This document shows positions 29,065 to 40,825 of a stretch of DNA of 64,000 nucleotides, in pieces. Numbering within the stretch: the stretch's first letter is position 1; each line of letters begins with the position of its first letter. The stretch spans positions 2,016,001-2,080,000 of the forward strand of contig CAWELD010000003.1 in NCBI GenBank assembly GCA_963809895.1. The letters are read 5' to 3'. The notes beneath the pieces were generated by a model. The model saw only the letters and a program-made list of their open reading frames with translations. It did not search any database and was not told the DNA's origin. The translations under genes were made by a program, and so were the position numbers. Origin of the DNA: an uncultured Gemmatimonadales bacterium. GTDB lineage: Bacteria; Gemmatimonadota; Gemmatimonadetes; Longimicrobiales; Gaopeijiaceae.

Positions 29065-29972
29065 TCAGAGGTGAGGCCCGCCGAAGCCAGAATCCCGCGC
29101 ACCACTTCGCGCCGGGCCTCGGGCAGCGGCCGCAGCGGCGGACGGGGATAGCCCCCGCGCAGCCCCAGCCGATCCAGGGCGTGCTTCACTCCGGGAACGC
29201 CCATGCCTCCGATGATGTCGGTGTGCAACGGCGCCACCCACTCCTGCAGGCGTCCGGCCTCCACGCCCCGCCCCTGCCCCACCGCCTCCACGATGGCCGC
29301 GCACTCGCCCGGCACCAGGTTCGCGACACCGAGGATGCCACCCACGGCACCGGCCTCCAACGAGGCGTACAGGAGCGCACCGTTGCCGACCAGCACCTGG
29401 AAGTCGCTGTCGCGGGTCGCGTCGACCAGCTCGCCCACGAGCTCCAGCTTGCCACGCGAATCCTTGATGGCGATCACGTTGTCATGCCGGGCCAGCTCGG
29501 CCACCACGCCGGTGGGAAAGTCCAGCGTGCTCAGTCGCAGAGGCACCTGGTAGAGCACGACCGGAACCGGCGAGCCGTCGGCGACGGCCGTGTAGTGGGC
29601 CACCAGCGCCTCGGGCGTCATGGCGCCCTTGTAGAAGGCCGGCGGCTGCACGAGCACCGCATCGGCGCCGGCGTCGGCCGCGCTCCGACACATGCGCAGC
29701 GTGGCCCGGAGCGACTCGGCCCCGGTCCCGGCGATCAGCAGGTGGTCGTCACCGATCGTCTCCCGCGCCGCCGACCAGAGCAGGCGGCGCTCGTCTTCGT
29801 CCAGGAGGACGGCCTCGCCGGTGGATCCCCCCACCACGACGCCACGCACCGGGTGCTTCAGCCAGGCCCTGAGGTCGTAGCCGAACGCGTCCAGGTCGAT
29901 CTCGCCGGACGCGTCGTCGAAGGGGGTGACGGTGGGAATGTGTACGCCGGAGAGATCCAGAGTTGGGCTCAT
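29061..29972 (-). CDS. Dihydrodipicolinate synthase/N-acetylneuraminate lyase family aldolase (DapA paralog)
   Basis: GSTGEA, LYQVP, IKDS (Schiff-base Lys); start trimmed to MSPTLDLSG. Confidence 0.88.
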   Translation of the reverse strand: MSPTLDLSGVHIPTVTPFDDASGEIDLDAFGYDLRAWLKHPVRGVVVGGSTGEAVLLDEDERRLLWSAARETIGDDHLLIAGTGAESLRATLRMCRSAADAGADAVLVQPPAFYKGAMTPEALVAHYTAVADGSPVPVVLYQVPLRLSTLDFPTGVVAELARHDNVIAIKDSRGKLELVGELVDATRDSDFQVLVGNGALLYASLEAGAVGGILGVANLVPGECAAIVEAVGQGRGVEAGRLQEWVAPLHTDIIGGMGVPGVKHALDRLGLRGGYPRPPLRPLPEARREVVRGILASAGLTSD

Positions 29973-31102
29973 GTCTGCAGGAACCGCGTCATCTCTTCGG
30001 TCCGGTCGGGCACATCGCTCCGCTCGGGCGTGTCCCGGCCGGCCAGGGTGTTCATCTTGAGGTCGAAGTCGGTGGGACGGTTCGAGGCCGCCTTGGCCAC
30101 CTTGAAGTCCACCATGTCGGCCTTCACCAGATCCATGAGATGCTGGTCGAAGGTCTGGGATCCGTACTGGGAGCGCCCTTCCTCGATGAGGTCGTAGATC
30201 TCCTCCATGCGGGCGGGGTCGCGGATGCAGTCGCGAATCGTCGAGGTGACGCGCATGATCTCGCACGCCGGCACCCGGCCCTTGCCGTCCTTGGTGGGGA
30301 TCAGCCGCTGGCTGATCACCGCCTGCAGCGCGTCGGCGAGACGCACCCGGATCATCTCCTGCTCGCCGGGCTCGAAGACCGCGATCAGGCGGGACACCGT
30401 CTGCACCGCGTTCTTGGTGTGCACGGTGGAGATCACCAGGTGGCCGGTCTCGGCGGCCTTGAGCGCGGTGTCGATGGTCTCCTTGTCGCGCATCTCACCG
30501 ATGAGGATGACGTCGGGGTCCTGGCGGAGCGCGGCCCGGAGGCCGGCCATGAAGGTGGCGGTGTCGGTGCCGATGTCGCGCTGCGTGATGGAGCCCTTGA
30601 TGTCCCGGTGCAGGAACTCGATGGGATTCTCCAGCGTGACGATGTGCACCGGCTTGCGCTGGTTGATCCAGTTGATCATGGCGGCCTGCGTGGAGCTCTT
30701 GCCCGAGCCGGTCACGCCGGTGACCAGGATCAAGCCACGCTCGTAGTCGCTGATCTCCTCCAGCACCTCGGGCAAGCGCAGGTCCATGAAGTTGGGGATC
30801 TCGATGGGGATGATGCGCATGACGATCATGAACGATCCCCGTTGGCGGAGGATGTTCACGCGGAAGCGCCCGAGCCCCGTGAGGCCCCAGGAGAAGTCGT
30901 AGTCCAGGATCGCGTCCAGGTTGTCGCGGTCCTCCTCGTGCGGCACCAGCCGCGCCGCGAGCTGCCGGACCTGCTCCGCCGAGATCTTCTGCTGGGTGAT
31001 GGGCACCAGCTGGCCCAGAATACGGGCACGCACCACGTCACCCGACTTGATGTGGATGTCGCTCGCGCCGCGCTCGATGGCGGCCTTGAAGATTTCCATC
31101 AT
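29969..31102 (-). CDS. pilT: PilT/PilU-family type IV pilus retraction ATPase
   Basis: GASDIHI, GVTGSGKSST, LENPIEF, ALRQDPDVILIGEMRD, AETGHLV.ST.H. Confidence 0.9.
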   Translation of the reverse strand: MMEIFKAAIERGASDIHIKSGDVVRARILGQLVPITQQKISAEQVRQLAARLVPHEEDRDNLDAILDYDFSWGLTGLGRFRVNILRQRGSFMIVMRIIPIEIPNFMDLRLPEVLEEISDYERGLILVTGVTGSGKSSTQAAMINWINQRKPVHIVTLENPIEFLHRDIKGSITQRDIGTDTATFMAGLRAALRQDPDVILIGEMRDKETIDTALKAAETGHLVISTVHTKNAVQTVSRLIAVFEPGEQEMIRVRLADALQAVISQRLIPTKDGKGRVPACEIMRVTSTIRDCIRDPARMEEIYDLIEEGRSQYGSQTFDQHLMDLVKADMVDFKVAKAASNRPTDFDLKMNTLAGRDTPERSDVPDRTEEMTRFLQT

Positions 31103-31246
31103 GGCTGGGAACGTCCGGTCGAGAGCAGGAGAGACGGGCCTGGCAGTCTGCCTCTTTCAAGGTAAGCACCGGGCCCGGTTCGGCGAAACGTCGGCGAGCG
31201 GGCGGGAATCCCCGACCGCCGTCACCCCGGCGTCCGTGCGGACGCG

Positions 31247-31942
31247 TCAGCCGAAGTGCAGCGCCCGGATGTCGGTCCGCTCCAGAAGGCGCTCGCGGGC
31301 GCGCAAGAAGGCCTCTTCCTTGCCCGCCAGGTCGAAATAGGCGATCAAGCGGTCTCCATCCAGGTCCACGGCATCGGTGTGGACGTGGAGCTTCTCGTCG
31401 GTGAGGATGTCCACGAGCTCCTGGACCACTCCCGCCCCGCGATCCACCTCCACCCGGAGCGGCCGGCCCCGGCGGGAGCGCGCCAGATGGTGCTCCAGGA
31501 GCCCGAGAGGGACCAGCACCAGGAGCACCAACACGGTGGTGCCCACCGCCTCGACGTAGTGCCCGGAGCCGACGGTCATGCCGATGGCCGCCACGACCCA
31601 GAGGGTGGCGGCGGTGGTGAGTCCCGACACGGAGCCCCGGGACTGGATGATGGTGCCGGCCCCCAGAAACCCGATCCCGGACACGATCTGGGCGGCGATG
31701 CGGGCCGGGTCGGCCGGCCCCGACCCACCCGGCATCAGGTCGGCGAGACGCGGGGACAGGTAGGTGAGGAGCGCCGCGCCCACGCAGATCAGGATGTTGG
31801 TGCGGAGTCCCGCCGGCTTGCCGCTGGACTCCCGCTCCCAGCCGACGAGGCCGCCCAGGACCGTCGCCACCACCAGGCGCAGCAGGAGGTCGAGGCGAAG
31901 CCCCGGCAGCGCCTGCTCCCAGCCCTGCAGCAGCGCGTCCAT
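31247..31942 (-). CDS. MgtC/SapB family membrane protein
   Basis: GWERE..GKPAGLRT, DPARIAAQIVSGIGFLGAG, GLTTAATLW. Confidence 0.93.
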   Translation of the reverse strand: MDALLQGWEQALPGLRLDLLLRLVVATVLGGLVGWERESSGKPAGLRTNILICVGAALLTYLSPRLADLMPGGSGPADPARIAAQIVSGIGFLGAGTIIQSRGSVSGLTTAATLWVVAAIGMTVGSGHYVEAVGTTVLVLLVLVPLGLLEHHLARSRRGRPLRVEVDRGAGVVQELVDILTDEKLHVHTDAVDLDGDRLIAYFDLAGKEEAFLRARERLLERTDIRALHFG

Positions 31943-31967
31943 GCTCAGGAGGTCGGTGCGTTCACGG

Positions 31968-32987
<1,020 letters not shown>

Positions 32988-33116
32988 GAAGTAACCGGCC
33001 GTTTCGTGTCGAGTTCGATCAGGACTCCCCGAGTGTACCGGGGGTTGGAACCCGTGTAACTTAGCGGCGCTACGCCCCGAGGCCAGCCTCTTCGCCACCC
33101 CCTGCTTCGCGCACCC

Positions 33117-33932
33117 ATGTCACGACTCGACGACTCGTCCGCCCATCGGCTCCGCACGGCGCTGGCGGCCGCCGACGCCGCTGCGGCGGTGCACCTGCGT
33201 TGGGCCGGGCGCGTGGGGATGGACCAGGCGCGCCGCAAGGGCGCGGCCGACTTCGTGTCACGGGTCGACGACGAGGCCCAGGCGGCGGCGCTAGCCGAGA
33301 TCCGGCGCCGGTATCCCGGCCACGCGGTGCTCGCCGAAGAGGAGGGGGACGGCGTGGACGAGCTGCCGCCGGACGGGAGCCCCTGCTGGATCGTGGATCC
33401 CCTGGACGGGACCACCAACTTCCTGCACGGACATCCCATGTACGCGTCGTCGGTGGCGCTATCCGTGGAGGGCGCGTCGGTGGTGGGCGCGGTGGTGTGC
33501 CCGACCACGGGCGAGCGCTGGTGGGCCGCCAGGGGCTCGGGAGCGTGGAAGAACGGCCGGCGCATCTCCGTCTCCCGGGTCGAGGAGCTCCGCGACGCCC
33601 TGGTGGGCACGGGCTTCCCCTTCAAGCGCCTGGACGAGGCGACCCGTTACGGGGAGCAGCTGGCCCGGGTGCTGGCGGGCACCTCGGGGATCCGCAGGGG
33701 CGGCTCGGCGGCGCTGGACCTGTGTTATCTGGCGGAGGGCCGCTTCGACGCCTTCTGGGAGCTGTTCCTGAATCCGTGGGATTTCGCCGCCGGAATCCTG
33801 CTGGTGGACGAAGCCGGCGGATGCGTGGACCGGGTGGACGGTGGCGGGCTGCCGCTGGAGCGCGGCTCGGTCCTGGCCGGCAACGGAGCGCCCCTCATGG
33901 AAGGGCTGCGCCGGCTCCTGTCCGGAAGCTGA
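33117..33932 (+). CDS. suhB: Inositol monophosphatase family protein
   Basis: WIVDPLDGTTNF, GSAALDL, LNPWDFAAG. Confidence 0.88.
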   Translation: MSRLDDSSAHRLRTALAAADAAAAVHLRWAGRVGMDQARRKGAADFVSRVDDEAQAAALAEIRRRYPGHAVLAEEEGDGVDELPPDGSPCWIVDPLDGTTNFLHGHPMYASSVALSVEGASVVGAVVCPTTGERWWAARGSGAWKNGRRISVSRVEELRDALVGTGFPFKRLDEATRYGEQLARVLAGTSGIRRGGSAALDLCYLAEGRFDAFWELFLNPWDFAAGILLVDEAGGCVDRVDGGGLPLERGSVLAGNGAPLMEGLRRLLSGS

Positions 33933-33937
33933 ACGCG

Positions 33938-33974
33938 ACGGGCGGGCCCGACCGAACCGGCCGGACCCGCCCGT
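33938..33974. terminator. GC hairpin between convergent suhB and hsp20
   Basis: acgggcggg...cccgcccgt inverted repeat; no clear U-tract. Confidence 0.4.
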
Positions 33975-33997
33975 GAGCGCGTGGCGCCGCGGAGGCG

Positions 33998-34459
33998 TCA
34001 GCCCTGCACGCCCTCGCCGCTGCCGATGCTGATGCGGCGGCTCTTGGCCTCCGGCACCTTGGGCATGCGCACGTGGAGGACGCCGTCCTCGAAGTCGGCC
34101 CGGATCTCTTCCGGATTCACCGTGCGCGGCAGGGTGAAGGAGCGCTGGAACGCGCCGTAGCGCCGCTCCCACACGTGATACTTGCGGCCTTCCTCACCCT
34201 CCTTGCGCTCCTCGGACTTCTCGCCGTGGATCGTGAGGATGTTGTTCTCGAGCTCCAGCTCGATGTCGTCGCGCTTCATGCCAGGAAGCTCGGCGCTCAG
34301 GTGGAGCTCCTCGGCGGACTCTTCGACGTTGACCGCGGGCATCCAGGTACCGCCGTTTGACGGTACGGGATAGTCCTCGTTGAACATCTGGCCGAGGCGG
34401 TTGGTCAGGGTGTCCAGCTCACGCCAGGGGTTCCTGTAGGTCCAGCGCGTGATGGCCAT
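33998..34459 (-). CDS. Hsp20/alpha-crystallin small heat-shock protein
   Basis: WMPAVNVEE, AELPG, ERRYGAFQRSFTLP, DGVLHVRMPK. Confidence 0.95.
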   Translation of the reverse strand: MAITRWTYRNPWRELDTLTNRLGQMFNEDYPVPSNGGTWMPAVNVEESAEELHLSAELPGMKRDDIELELENNILTIHGEKSEERKEGEEGRKYHVWERRYGAFQRSFTLPRTVNPEEIRADFEDGVLHVRMPKVPEAKSRRISIGSGEGVQG

Positions 34460-34559
34460 GGTGCTTCCTCCTGCTGGGTCTCTCTGGTGGTTCGCGTTCA
34501 TCCCGGATCGTGGCCCCCGAAGCGGGGTGGCACGATGGCCGGGGCCGGCCGTAGGGAGT

Positions 34560-34575
34560 TGCAATCCGCGTGCCA
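34560..34575 (-). promoter_or_regulatory. sigma54 (RpoN) -24/-12 promoter upstream of hsp20
   Basis: Minus strand TGGCAC-GCGGA-TTGCA matches the TGGCAC-N5-TTGCW consensus, ~100 bp upstream of the ATG. Confidence 0.75.
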
Positions 34576-34691
34576 TCAGGAGCGAGCGTCGATCCTGCCA
34601 AGATGAACGGCCCCAGCGACTTGGGAGACGTCGACTTCTGCCGCCCAGACAGTCGGACGGTCGCAGGGCTGTCAGTGCGGCAGCCCTGCGG

Positions 34692-37319
34692 TCAGTCGGG
34701 GCGGAGCGCCTCCACCGGGTCCACCGCGGTGGCCCGCCGAACCGGCAGCCACGCCGCCAGCAACCCCACGCCTCCGAGGGCGAGTGCCACCGGGACCAGC
34801 ACGCCGGGAGCCAGGGGGGTCACACCGAAGAGGAGCGAGCCCAGGCTGCGGCCCGCCAGCCAGGCGCCGGCGGTGCCCACGGCGATGCCCAGGGCCAGCA
34901 CGCGCCCGACACGCAGGACCTCGGTGCGCTGGAGTCGGGCGCGCCCCGCGCCCAGGGCCACCCGCACTCCGAACTCGGCGCGCCGGCGCCCCGTCGCGTA
35001 CGCCACCACGCCGTACACGCCCAACAGCCCCAACACCAGCGCCACGCCCCCCAGGATGGCCGCCAACAGCGCCAGGAGCCGGGTGCGGGCGAAGCTCCCT
35101 TCCACCACGTCGGCCAGGGTGCGAACCCGGCTCACCGGTACGCTGGCGCTGACCGACCACACGGCGGCCTTGAGCGCATCGAGGCGCTCCCCGGGCTCGC
35201 CCCGGGTACGCACCACGGCGTGCATGGTCCGCCAGGGCCAATCCCGGTGCAGGATGTACAGCGCCGGAAACGGAGGCCGGTCGACGCCGCTCTCCAGAAC
35301 GTCCTCCACCACACCCACGACCCGGAGCCAGGGCACGCCGCCGGGCCCGTTGAAGACCTTCCCCACGGCGTCACCGTCGGGCCAGAGCTGGCGTGCCGCG
35401 GTCTGGTTGAGCACGCCCACCACCACGTCGCCGGGGCGGTCGTCGTCGGGGGTGATCATCCTGCCGGCCCGCAGGCGCGCACCCAGGGTCTCGAGGTAGC
35501 CGGGCGTGACCAGGCGGTGATCCACCTGAGGCGCGGGCTCGCCCGGGGGTCGCTCCCGGTCGGCCGGGTTCAGCGTGATGCGGCTGGTGCCGCCGCCCAT
35601 GGGCAACCGGGACACGAAGCCCACCGACTCCACGCCCGGGACCGCCGCCAGCGCCGCCTGGGCCTCCTGAAAGAAACGCACCACGTCGGCGTCGGTGGGA
35701 TAGGCAGCCGGCGGCGCGCTGATGCGGAAGGTGAGGGCGTCGGCCGTGCGAAAGCCCGGGTCCACCCGAGCGAGCTGCTGGAGGCTGCGACCCAGGAGGC
35801 CCGCGGAGGCCACCAGGACGGTGGCCAGCGCGAGCTGAGCCGCCACCAGGGCTCCCTGCAGGCGCAGCGTGCCCCGATCCTGCGAAGCACCCCGGCTGGC
35901 GGAGAGCGCCCCGGCCGGGTCACGGCGGGCCACGCCCAGCGCCGGAACCAGCCCCGCCAACGCCGCGGCGCCCACCGCCACGGCGAGGGTGGCGACAATC
36001 GGCCGCACACCCAGCGGCAGGCCTTCCGGGGGAAACAACGAGGGCAGATAGCGGATCAGGCCCGCCCGCAGACCCAGGGCCAAGCCCAGCCCCGTGATAC
36101 CGCCGGCCACCCCCACCAACGCCGTCTCCGCCAGGATCAGTCGCACGGTGCGGGCCCGGCCTGAGCCCAGCGCCGCCCGCACCGAGAGCTCCCGCTCCCG
36201 CGACGCGGTGCGCGCCAGCACCAGGTTCGCCACGTTGGCGCACGCCACCAGGAGCACCAGGGCCACGGCGGCCAGCGCCAGCAGCAGGGGCGTCCGCCGG
36301 TCCGCGACCAGCGCGTCGGCCAGGCTCACGGCGTCGGCCCGGGCCACGTCCTCCTCGGACAGCCAGCCCGGGTCTCGCTCACGGTAGGTCGCCGCCCAGC
36401 GGCGCACGTCGGTGTCGGCCTCGTCCACCGTGGCGCCGGGTGCCAGGCGGCCCAACGCCTCCATGAAATACGACGAGCCGTAGCTGTCGGCGGTCGGATC
36501 CACCGTGACCGGCACCCAGGCGTCCACGCCTCGTCCGTTGAGCGCCTCGTAGCCCGCGGGCATGACGCCCACCACGGTGCGCCGGGCGGCCCCTTCCCCA
36601 CCCAGCGCGACGCTCCGCCCCAGGATCCCGGGGTCGGCGCCGAAGCGCTCGCTCCAGACACGGTAGGACAGGAGCGCCACCGGAGGCGCCCCGGGCTCGG
36701 CGTCGGCTGCCACCAGTCCACGCCCGAGCAGAGGGCGCACCCCCAGGATCTCGTGCAGGTTCGTGGTCACGTGGGCCGCGAAGATCTCGGTGGGCTCACC
36801 CCCTTCGCTCAACGTGAGGAGGAGCCCCCCGTACCCGGCGACGGCGTCCACGCTGCGGAGCTCCTCGCGGGCCAGGTCCACCATGCGCACGCTCCAGTTC
36901 TCGCGACCCCAGAGCGACACCAGGCGCTCGGGCTCGTGATACGGAAGCGCCTTGAGGAGCACCGAGTCCACCAGTGCGAACACGACGGCGTTCACGCCCA
37001 CGGCCACGGCCAGCGTCGCCACCGCCGCCAGGGTGTACGCCGGGGCTCGCCGGAGTCCCCGCGCCCCGTGTCTCAGATCCTGCGCCCAACCCCCCATGAC
37101 CCCTCCTCCGCTGCTGGACCGTATGACCGCCCACCACTCCCGCACACCCGCGCGCAGCGCGTCGAGTCCGAGTCGCCCCGCCGTCCGAAGGGTGGCGCCC
37201 GAGCCCAGGCGGCGGGCCTCGTCCATCTGCAAGCGCGCCTCGTCGGCCATGGCGTCCCCCCACTCCCGCCGGAAGCGTCCCGGAAGGAGCAGCCGCAACA
37301 GGAGGCGGTAGAACGTCAC
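34692..37319 (-). CDS. ABC permease, duplicated MacB/FtsX (ADOP-type)
   Basis: FRREWG prefix, LLVACANVANLVLAR, EFGVRVALGA, PVRRATAVDPVEALR. Confidence 0.92.
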   Translation of the reverse strand: MTFYRLLLRLLLPGRFRREWGDAMADEARLQMDEARRLGSGATLRTAGRLGLDALRAGVREWWAVIRSSSGGGVMGGWAQDLRHGARGLRRAPAYTLAAVATLAVAVGVNAVVFALVDSVLLKALPYHEPERLVSLWGRENWSVRMVDLAREELRSVDAVAGYGGLLLTLSEGGEPTEIFAAHVTTNLHEILGVRPLLGRGLVAADAEPGAPPVALLSYRVWSERFGADPGILGRSVALGGEGAARRTVVGVMPAGYEALNGRGVDAWVPVTVDPTADSYGSSYFMEALGRLAPGATVDEADTDVRRWAATYRERDPGWLSEEDVARADAVSLADALVADRRTPLLLALAAVALVLLVACANVANLVLARTASRERELSVRAALGSGRARTVRLILAETALVGVAGGITGLGLALGLRAGLIRYLPSLFPPEGLPLGVRPIVATLAVAVGAAALAGLVPALGVARRDPAGALSASRGASQDRGTLRLQGALVAAQLALATVLVASAGLLGRSLQQLARVDPGFRTADALTFRISAPPAAYPTDADVVRFFQEAQAALAAVPGVESVGFVSRLPMGGGTSRITLNPADRERPPGEPAPQVDHRLVTPGYLETLGARLRAGRMITPDDDRPGDVVVGVLNQTAARQLWPDGDAVGKVFNGPGGVPWLRVVGVVEDVLESGVDRPPFPALYILHRDWPWRTMHAVVRTRGEPGERLDALKAAVWSVSASVPVSRVRTLADVVEGSFARTRLLALLAAILGGVALVLGLLGVYGVVAYATGRRRAEFGVRVALGAGRARLQRTEVLRVGRVLALGIAVGTAGAWLAGRSLGSLLFGVTPLAPGVLVPVALALGGVGLLAAWLPVRRATAVDPVEALRPD

Positions 37320-37654
37320 GCGCCCCCCGCCGGCCGCAGCGCCTTGTCGCGCGCGATGGCCAGGAGCTCGTCCATGCGCGCTGCTTCTTCACTGGCCGCG
37401 TCACGCCCGAGCGTCGTGATGGCGTAGTAGCGCCGGCGATCGTCGTCCGATGCTCCCGTCGGCGGGGCGACCTCACGGATCCATCCCCGCGTCGCGAGCC
37501 GCTTGATGGCCCCGTACAGCGTGCCCGGGCCCATGTCCACGCGCCCGGCGGTGCGCTCGCGCACGTCGAGCTTGATGCCGTGCCCGTGCTTGGCGCCGTC
37601 GAGAAGTGCCAGCAGGACCCGGAATTCGGCGGGAGGGAGGACGTCGTCGGCCAC
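37316..37654 (-). CDS. PadR-family transcriptional regulator
   Basis: LLALLDGAKHGHGI, GPGTLYGAIKRL, RRRYYAIT.LG; GTG start inferred. Confidence 0.9.
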   Translation of the reverse strand: MADDVLPPAEFRVLLALLDGAKHGHGIKLDVRERTAGRVDMGPGTLYGAIKRLATRGWIREVAPPTGASDDDRRRYYAITTLGRDAASEEAARMDELLAIARDKALRPAGGA

Positions 37655-37680
37655 GAGGGACTCCGATTCGGTAGGCGTGA

Positions 37681-37720
37681 AACAATATCGCCGCGCGATA
37701 CTACGTTGCTCGATATTGTT
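37681..37720. promoter_or_regulatory. Inverted repeat upstream of padR (candidate operator)
   Basis: AACAATATCG-20 bp-CGATATTGTT. Confidence 0.55.
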
Positions 37721-37849
37721 GCTCTGAGGGCGGCCAGTCAAGGGCCGGCGTCTCCGGGGGATGCCCTGAATGTGCCCGAGCGGCTCCACTATATTCTGTG
37801 ACCATGCCGCTGGCGCGCCGCGCGCCGCGGTCAGTCGGCGGATTCGCGG

Positions 37850-39050
37850 GGACCGGAGGTGGAAGAACGGGGGGAGAGAGGGGGGGGGGGGGAGGGGGGG
37901 GGGATGGTGTGTGTGGGATGGGAAGTGATGAGTGTGATGGTGTGTAGGGTTGAGAGGAGGATGGGGAGGGAAGATGGGTGGATGAGAGGTGGAGGGTTAG
38001 AGGGGTAGATGGGAAGTGGGAGTATTGGATGAGTGTGGAGGAAGGGTAAGAGTTGGTATGGTGAGTGAGAGTAGAGGTAGAGGAGGTGGTGAGGAGGGTG
38101 GTGGATGGGAGAAGAGATGTTGGATGCACAGGCAAGAGAGAACCTTGGAGAATGAGTGGAATGAGGATAGCAGAACGAGTGGTAAGGGTAACAGAGTGCA
38201 GTGGCGCTGATCTGTCGATAGTGGTTGAGAGACGCTACGAAGAAGTGGGGTTAGGTATGACGAGGTAACGCTGATGTTGATGCGCACAGGGATGATGGGA
38301 GCGGAGTACAAGGAGGCTATGCTCGCACGAGGGTGTAGAGCGCTGTTGCGACGCAACCGGTGAGGAAGGTCATTTCAAGGAGGGTACGAGCGCGCCGATA
38401 CAAGTTGGACGAGGAATACAGCGCACATGAGGAGAGGCTAGATGGCAAGCACGAGAAACTGGAGATCGCCTGCACGGGCTAACGTGGGTGTAGGATGTCG
38501 CTGACTCCGCACCGATGCTGAGAAAGTTGTTCCCAGCAATACGCTAGGACAGTTTCGTCAAGCGCGCACATGTGGCTGGGCGTGCTGCCGTTGAGAGGTT
38601 CTAGAAGAGAAGAGGCGTATCACGGGAAGAGGAGAGAAATACTCAGACAACGGAGATGAGGAAGAGCTCGCTGTGGAGTTCCTTACAGCAGTATGCTCGC
38701 CACCGGAATCGAGGCCGGAGAAGGTTCGCGCTGACAGACTGACAACTGGATCATCTACGAGAGACTAGGACGAGTACAGTAGGGGGCACGGCGTCGCCTG
38801 CGCGAGAATCGGAATTGGAGCGCGCTTCTAGATGCTCGGCATGGCAAACAGTACACGTGCTCGGTAGACGGGCGCATGCGTGGAACACGACGAGATCAAC
38901 ATAGCGAAGGTCTCGCACTAGGGAAAAAAAGGAATCGCAGCCAACGTCGACATGACTAGGCACGGGACACAACTTTGAGATAGGCACTCCGGCGCCACCA
39001 GGAAACGGTCCCAAACGGGCGTCTGCTATCCTCACCGAATGCCGAGGGCC
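37850..39050. other. Purine-rich low-complexity non-coding stretch, probably low-quality sequence
   Basis: Poly-G runs and G/A-dominated text with no credible ORF; frameshifted genes adjacent. Confidence 0.6.
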
Positions 39051-39077
39051 TCGAAGGCATGAAGGTCCTGACGACGG

Positions 39078-39115
39078 ACTGCGCAGGGGAACGCGGCGGC
39101 ATTCCCCTGCGCAGT
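39078..39115. terminator. 14-bp-stem hairpin downstream of the S8 protease gene
   Basis: ACTGCGCAGGGGAA-10 nt-TTCCCCTGCGCAGT. Confidence 0.55.
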
Positions 39116-39131
39116 GTCACGTCACACATCC

Positions 39132-40754
39132 CTAGCTGGCACAGATGTCGGCACCGGAGTCTTCATATACGGTAATTTGGTGTGAGCCTGTCACGCCAAC
39201 GGCGTCCTCCACTTGAAGCAGGATCGTAAAGTGGTCCGTTTGGTTGCCGGCGCCTTTGGTAGTCGTGAAGCTCGACCGCTTCCCGTTCCGCCTGAACCTC
39301 CATTGTTGTACCACGAGTACGTGTACGGAGACGTTCCATTGGTGCTTGCGAACCAGGTACACGTTGCGCCCGGCTTGATCTCCGTTGGTCCTGGATGCCC
39401 ACGGTCAGCGAGTCCATGGGCGAGTAGTCCACGGCAGCATCGATGTCCAGCATGCCATACCCGTAGTACGTGGCTGAACCAAGATACTCTGCGCTGCCCC
39501 GCAAGGCCTGGCGAATGTACCAATTTGACCAGCTCGGATGGGCCTCCTTGAGTAACCGCCGCTGCCGCGGCGACAATCGAAGAGGAAAACGAGGTTCCGG
39601 CCACGATGTCCGTACCACCACCCAAGTCGGTCGTCCTGATGCTCGTCCCAGGCGCCGACAACTCTACGCCTGTGCCGTAGTTGGCCAGACAGGCCTGACA
39701 TCGCTCGTGTTTGTAGCTGTGACACCGATGACATCGCCATACGCGGCCGGGTATCGAACGCTCGACGTATCGTTGCCGACAGCGGAGACGATCACGATGC
39801 CCTCGTCCCATGCGGCGGCGACTTGATCGAAGAGAGCCGTCGGTGAGCTCGCGTATCCGGTGCTGATGTTGATGACGTCGACATCGTTGGTTCGCCCGAA
39901 CTCGACGCCGCATGCGGTATAGTCCGAGGAGGGCGTAGCATCACCATCCTTCGACGACCAGAGATCCACTGAGTAGGAACCCCCGATCACGTCACCGGTG
40001 TTGTTCAGTGCTGCTGCGACCCGCCACAAGGGTGCCGTGGTCTTCACCATTCACTTGGCCATTCGTCTCATCGCATCCTTGGATAACTGCACATCCAAAT
40101 CGGAATGATTGTCATCGATGCCGCTATCGATGATGAGGAGATCGACGCCGCTGCCTGTCCCGTCGCTCCAAGCATCAGGCGCATTCACTCGCTCCACATT
40201 CCACGTAGTGTCCTGACTGGCTCGCCGTCCAGCTGGACGGGCTCGATGTAGTCGACCCTTGGGTTGGCGAATTAGAGGCACGAGTTCGCTGATTCGGTTG
40301 GTGGGGATCGTGGCAGAGACTGCGGGAATCAGCCTGAACTCCCATCGAACCTCATATCCAGATCCCGTACGAAAGCCTTGCCGCGGCCACCGAAGCCGAT
40401 GAAGTCGTAGAGTGCCCCCGCGCGTCGACACCACCTCTCATGCCCGAGTTCTCGAATCCGATGGTTACTCGACCACCGGCGCCCTCGATGGCGGTGGCGA
40501 GTCTCGTCTGTCATGTACCACCACGGCGCATCGTAACGGGTGCCCCTATCTTGCGGCGCCATCTGACCTTGCAGGTGCCGAGGGCTGATCAACGACAGGA
40601 GAATTCGCCTTCTGGGGAGTGACCGGCGACCGCGGTCGGTACAGGCCTGAACCGTGACGGCGGCCATCAGTATCGCGAGAATCGCGAGCGGCCGCCGCGC
40701 AGCGAGAGCGACTTGACGGAGGGTTCGAGTTGAGAAACTGAGACATGTCGCCAT
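39132..40754 (-). pseudogene. Subtilisin-like S8 serine protease with C-terminal Ig/PKD-like domain, multiply frameshifted
   Basis: Catalytic motifs in different frames: LLIIDSGID, EDHGTLVAG, GTSFSSSIVA; also AVGND, YPAAY, ELSAPG; signal/lipobox-like VQA-C. Confidence 0.8.
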
Positions 40755-40825
40755 TGCGACCTCCCGAGGATCGTTTTGAGAATGGGAAGGCTGGACGCTC
40801 CATAGAGAAAGACCGATGAGCGCCC

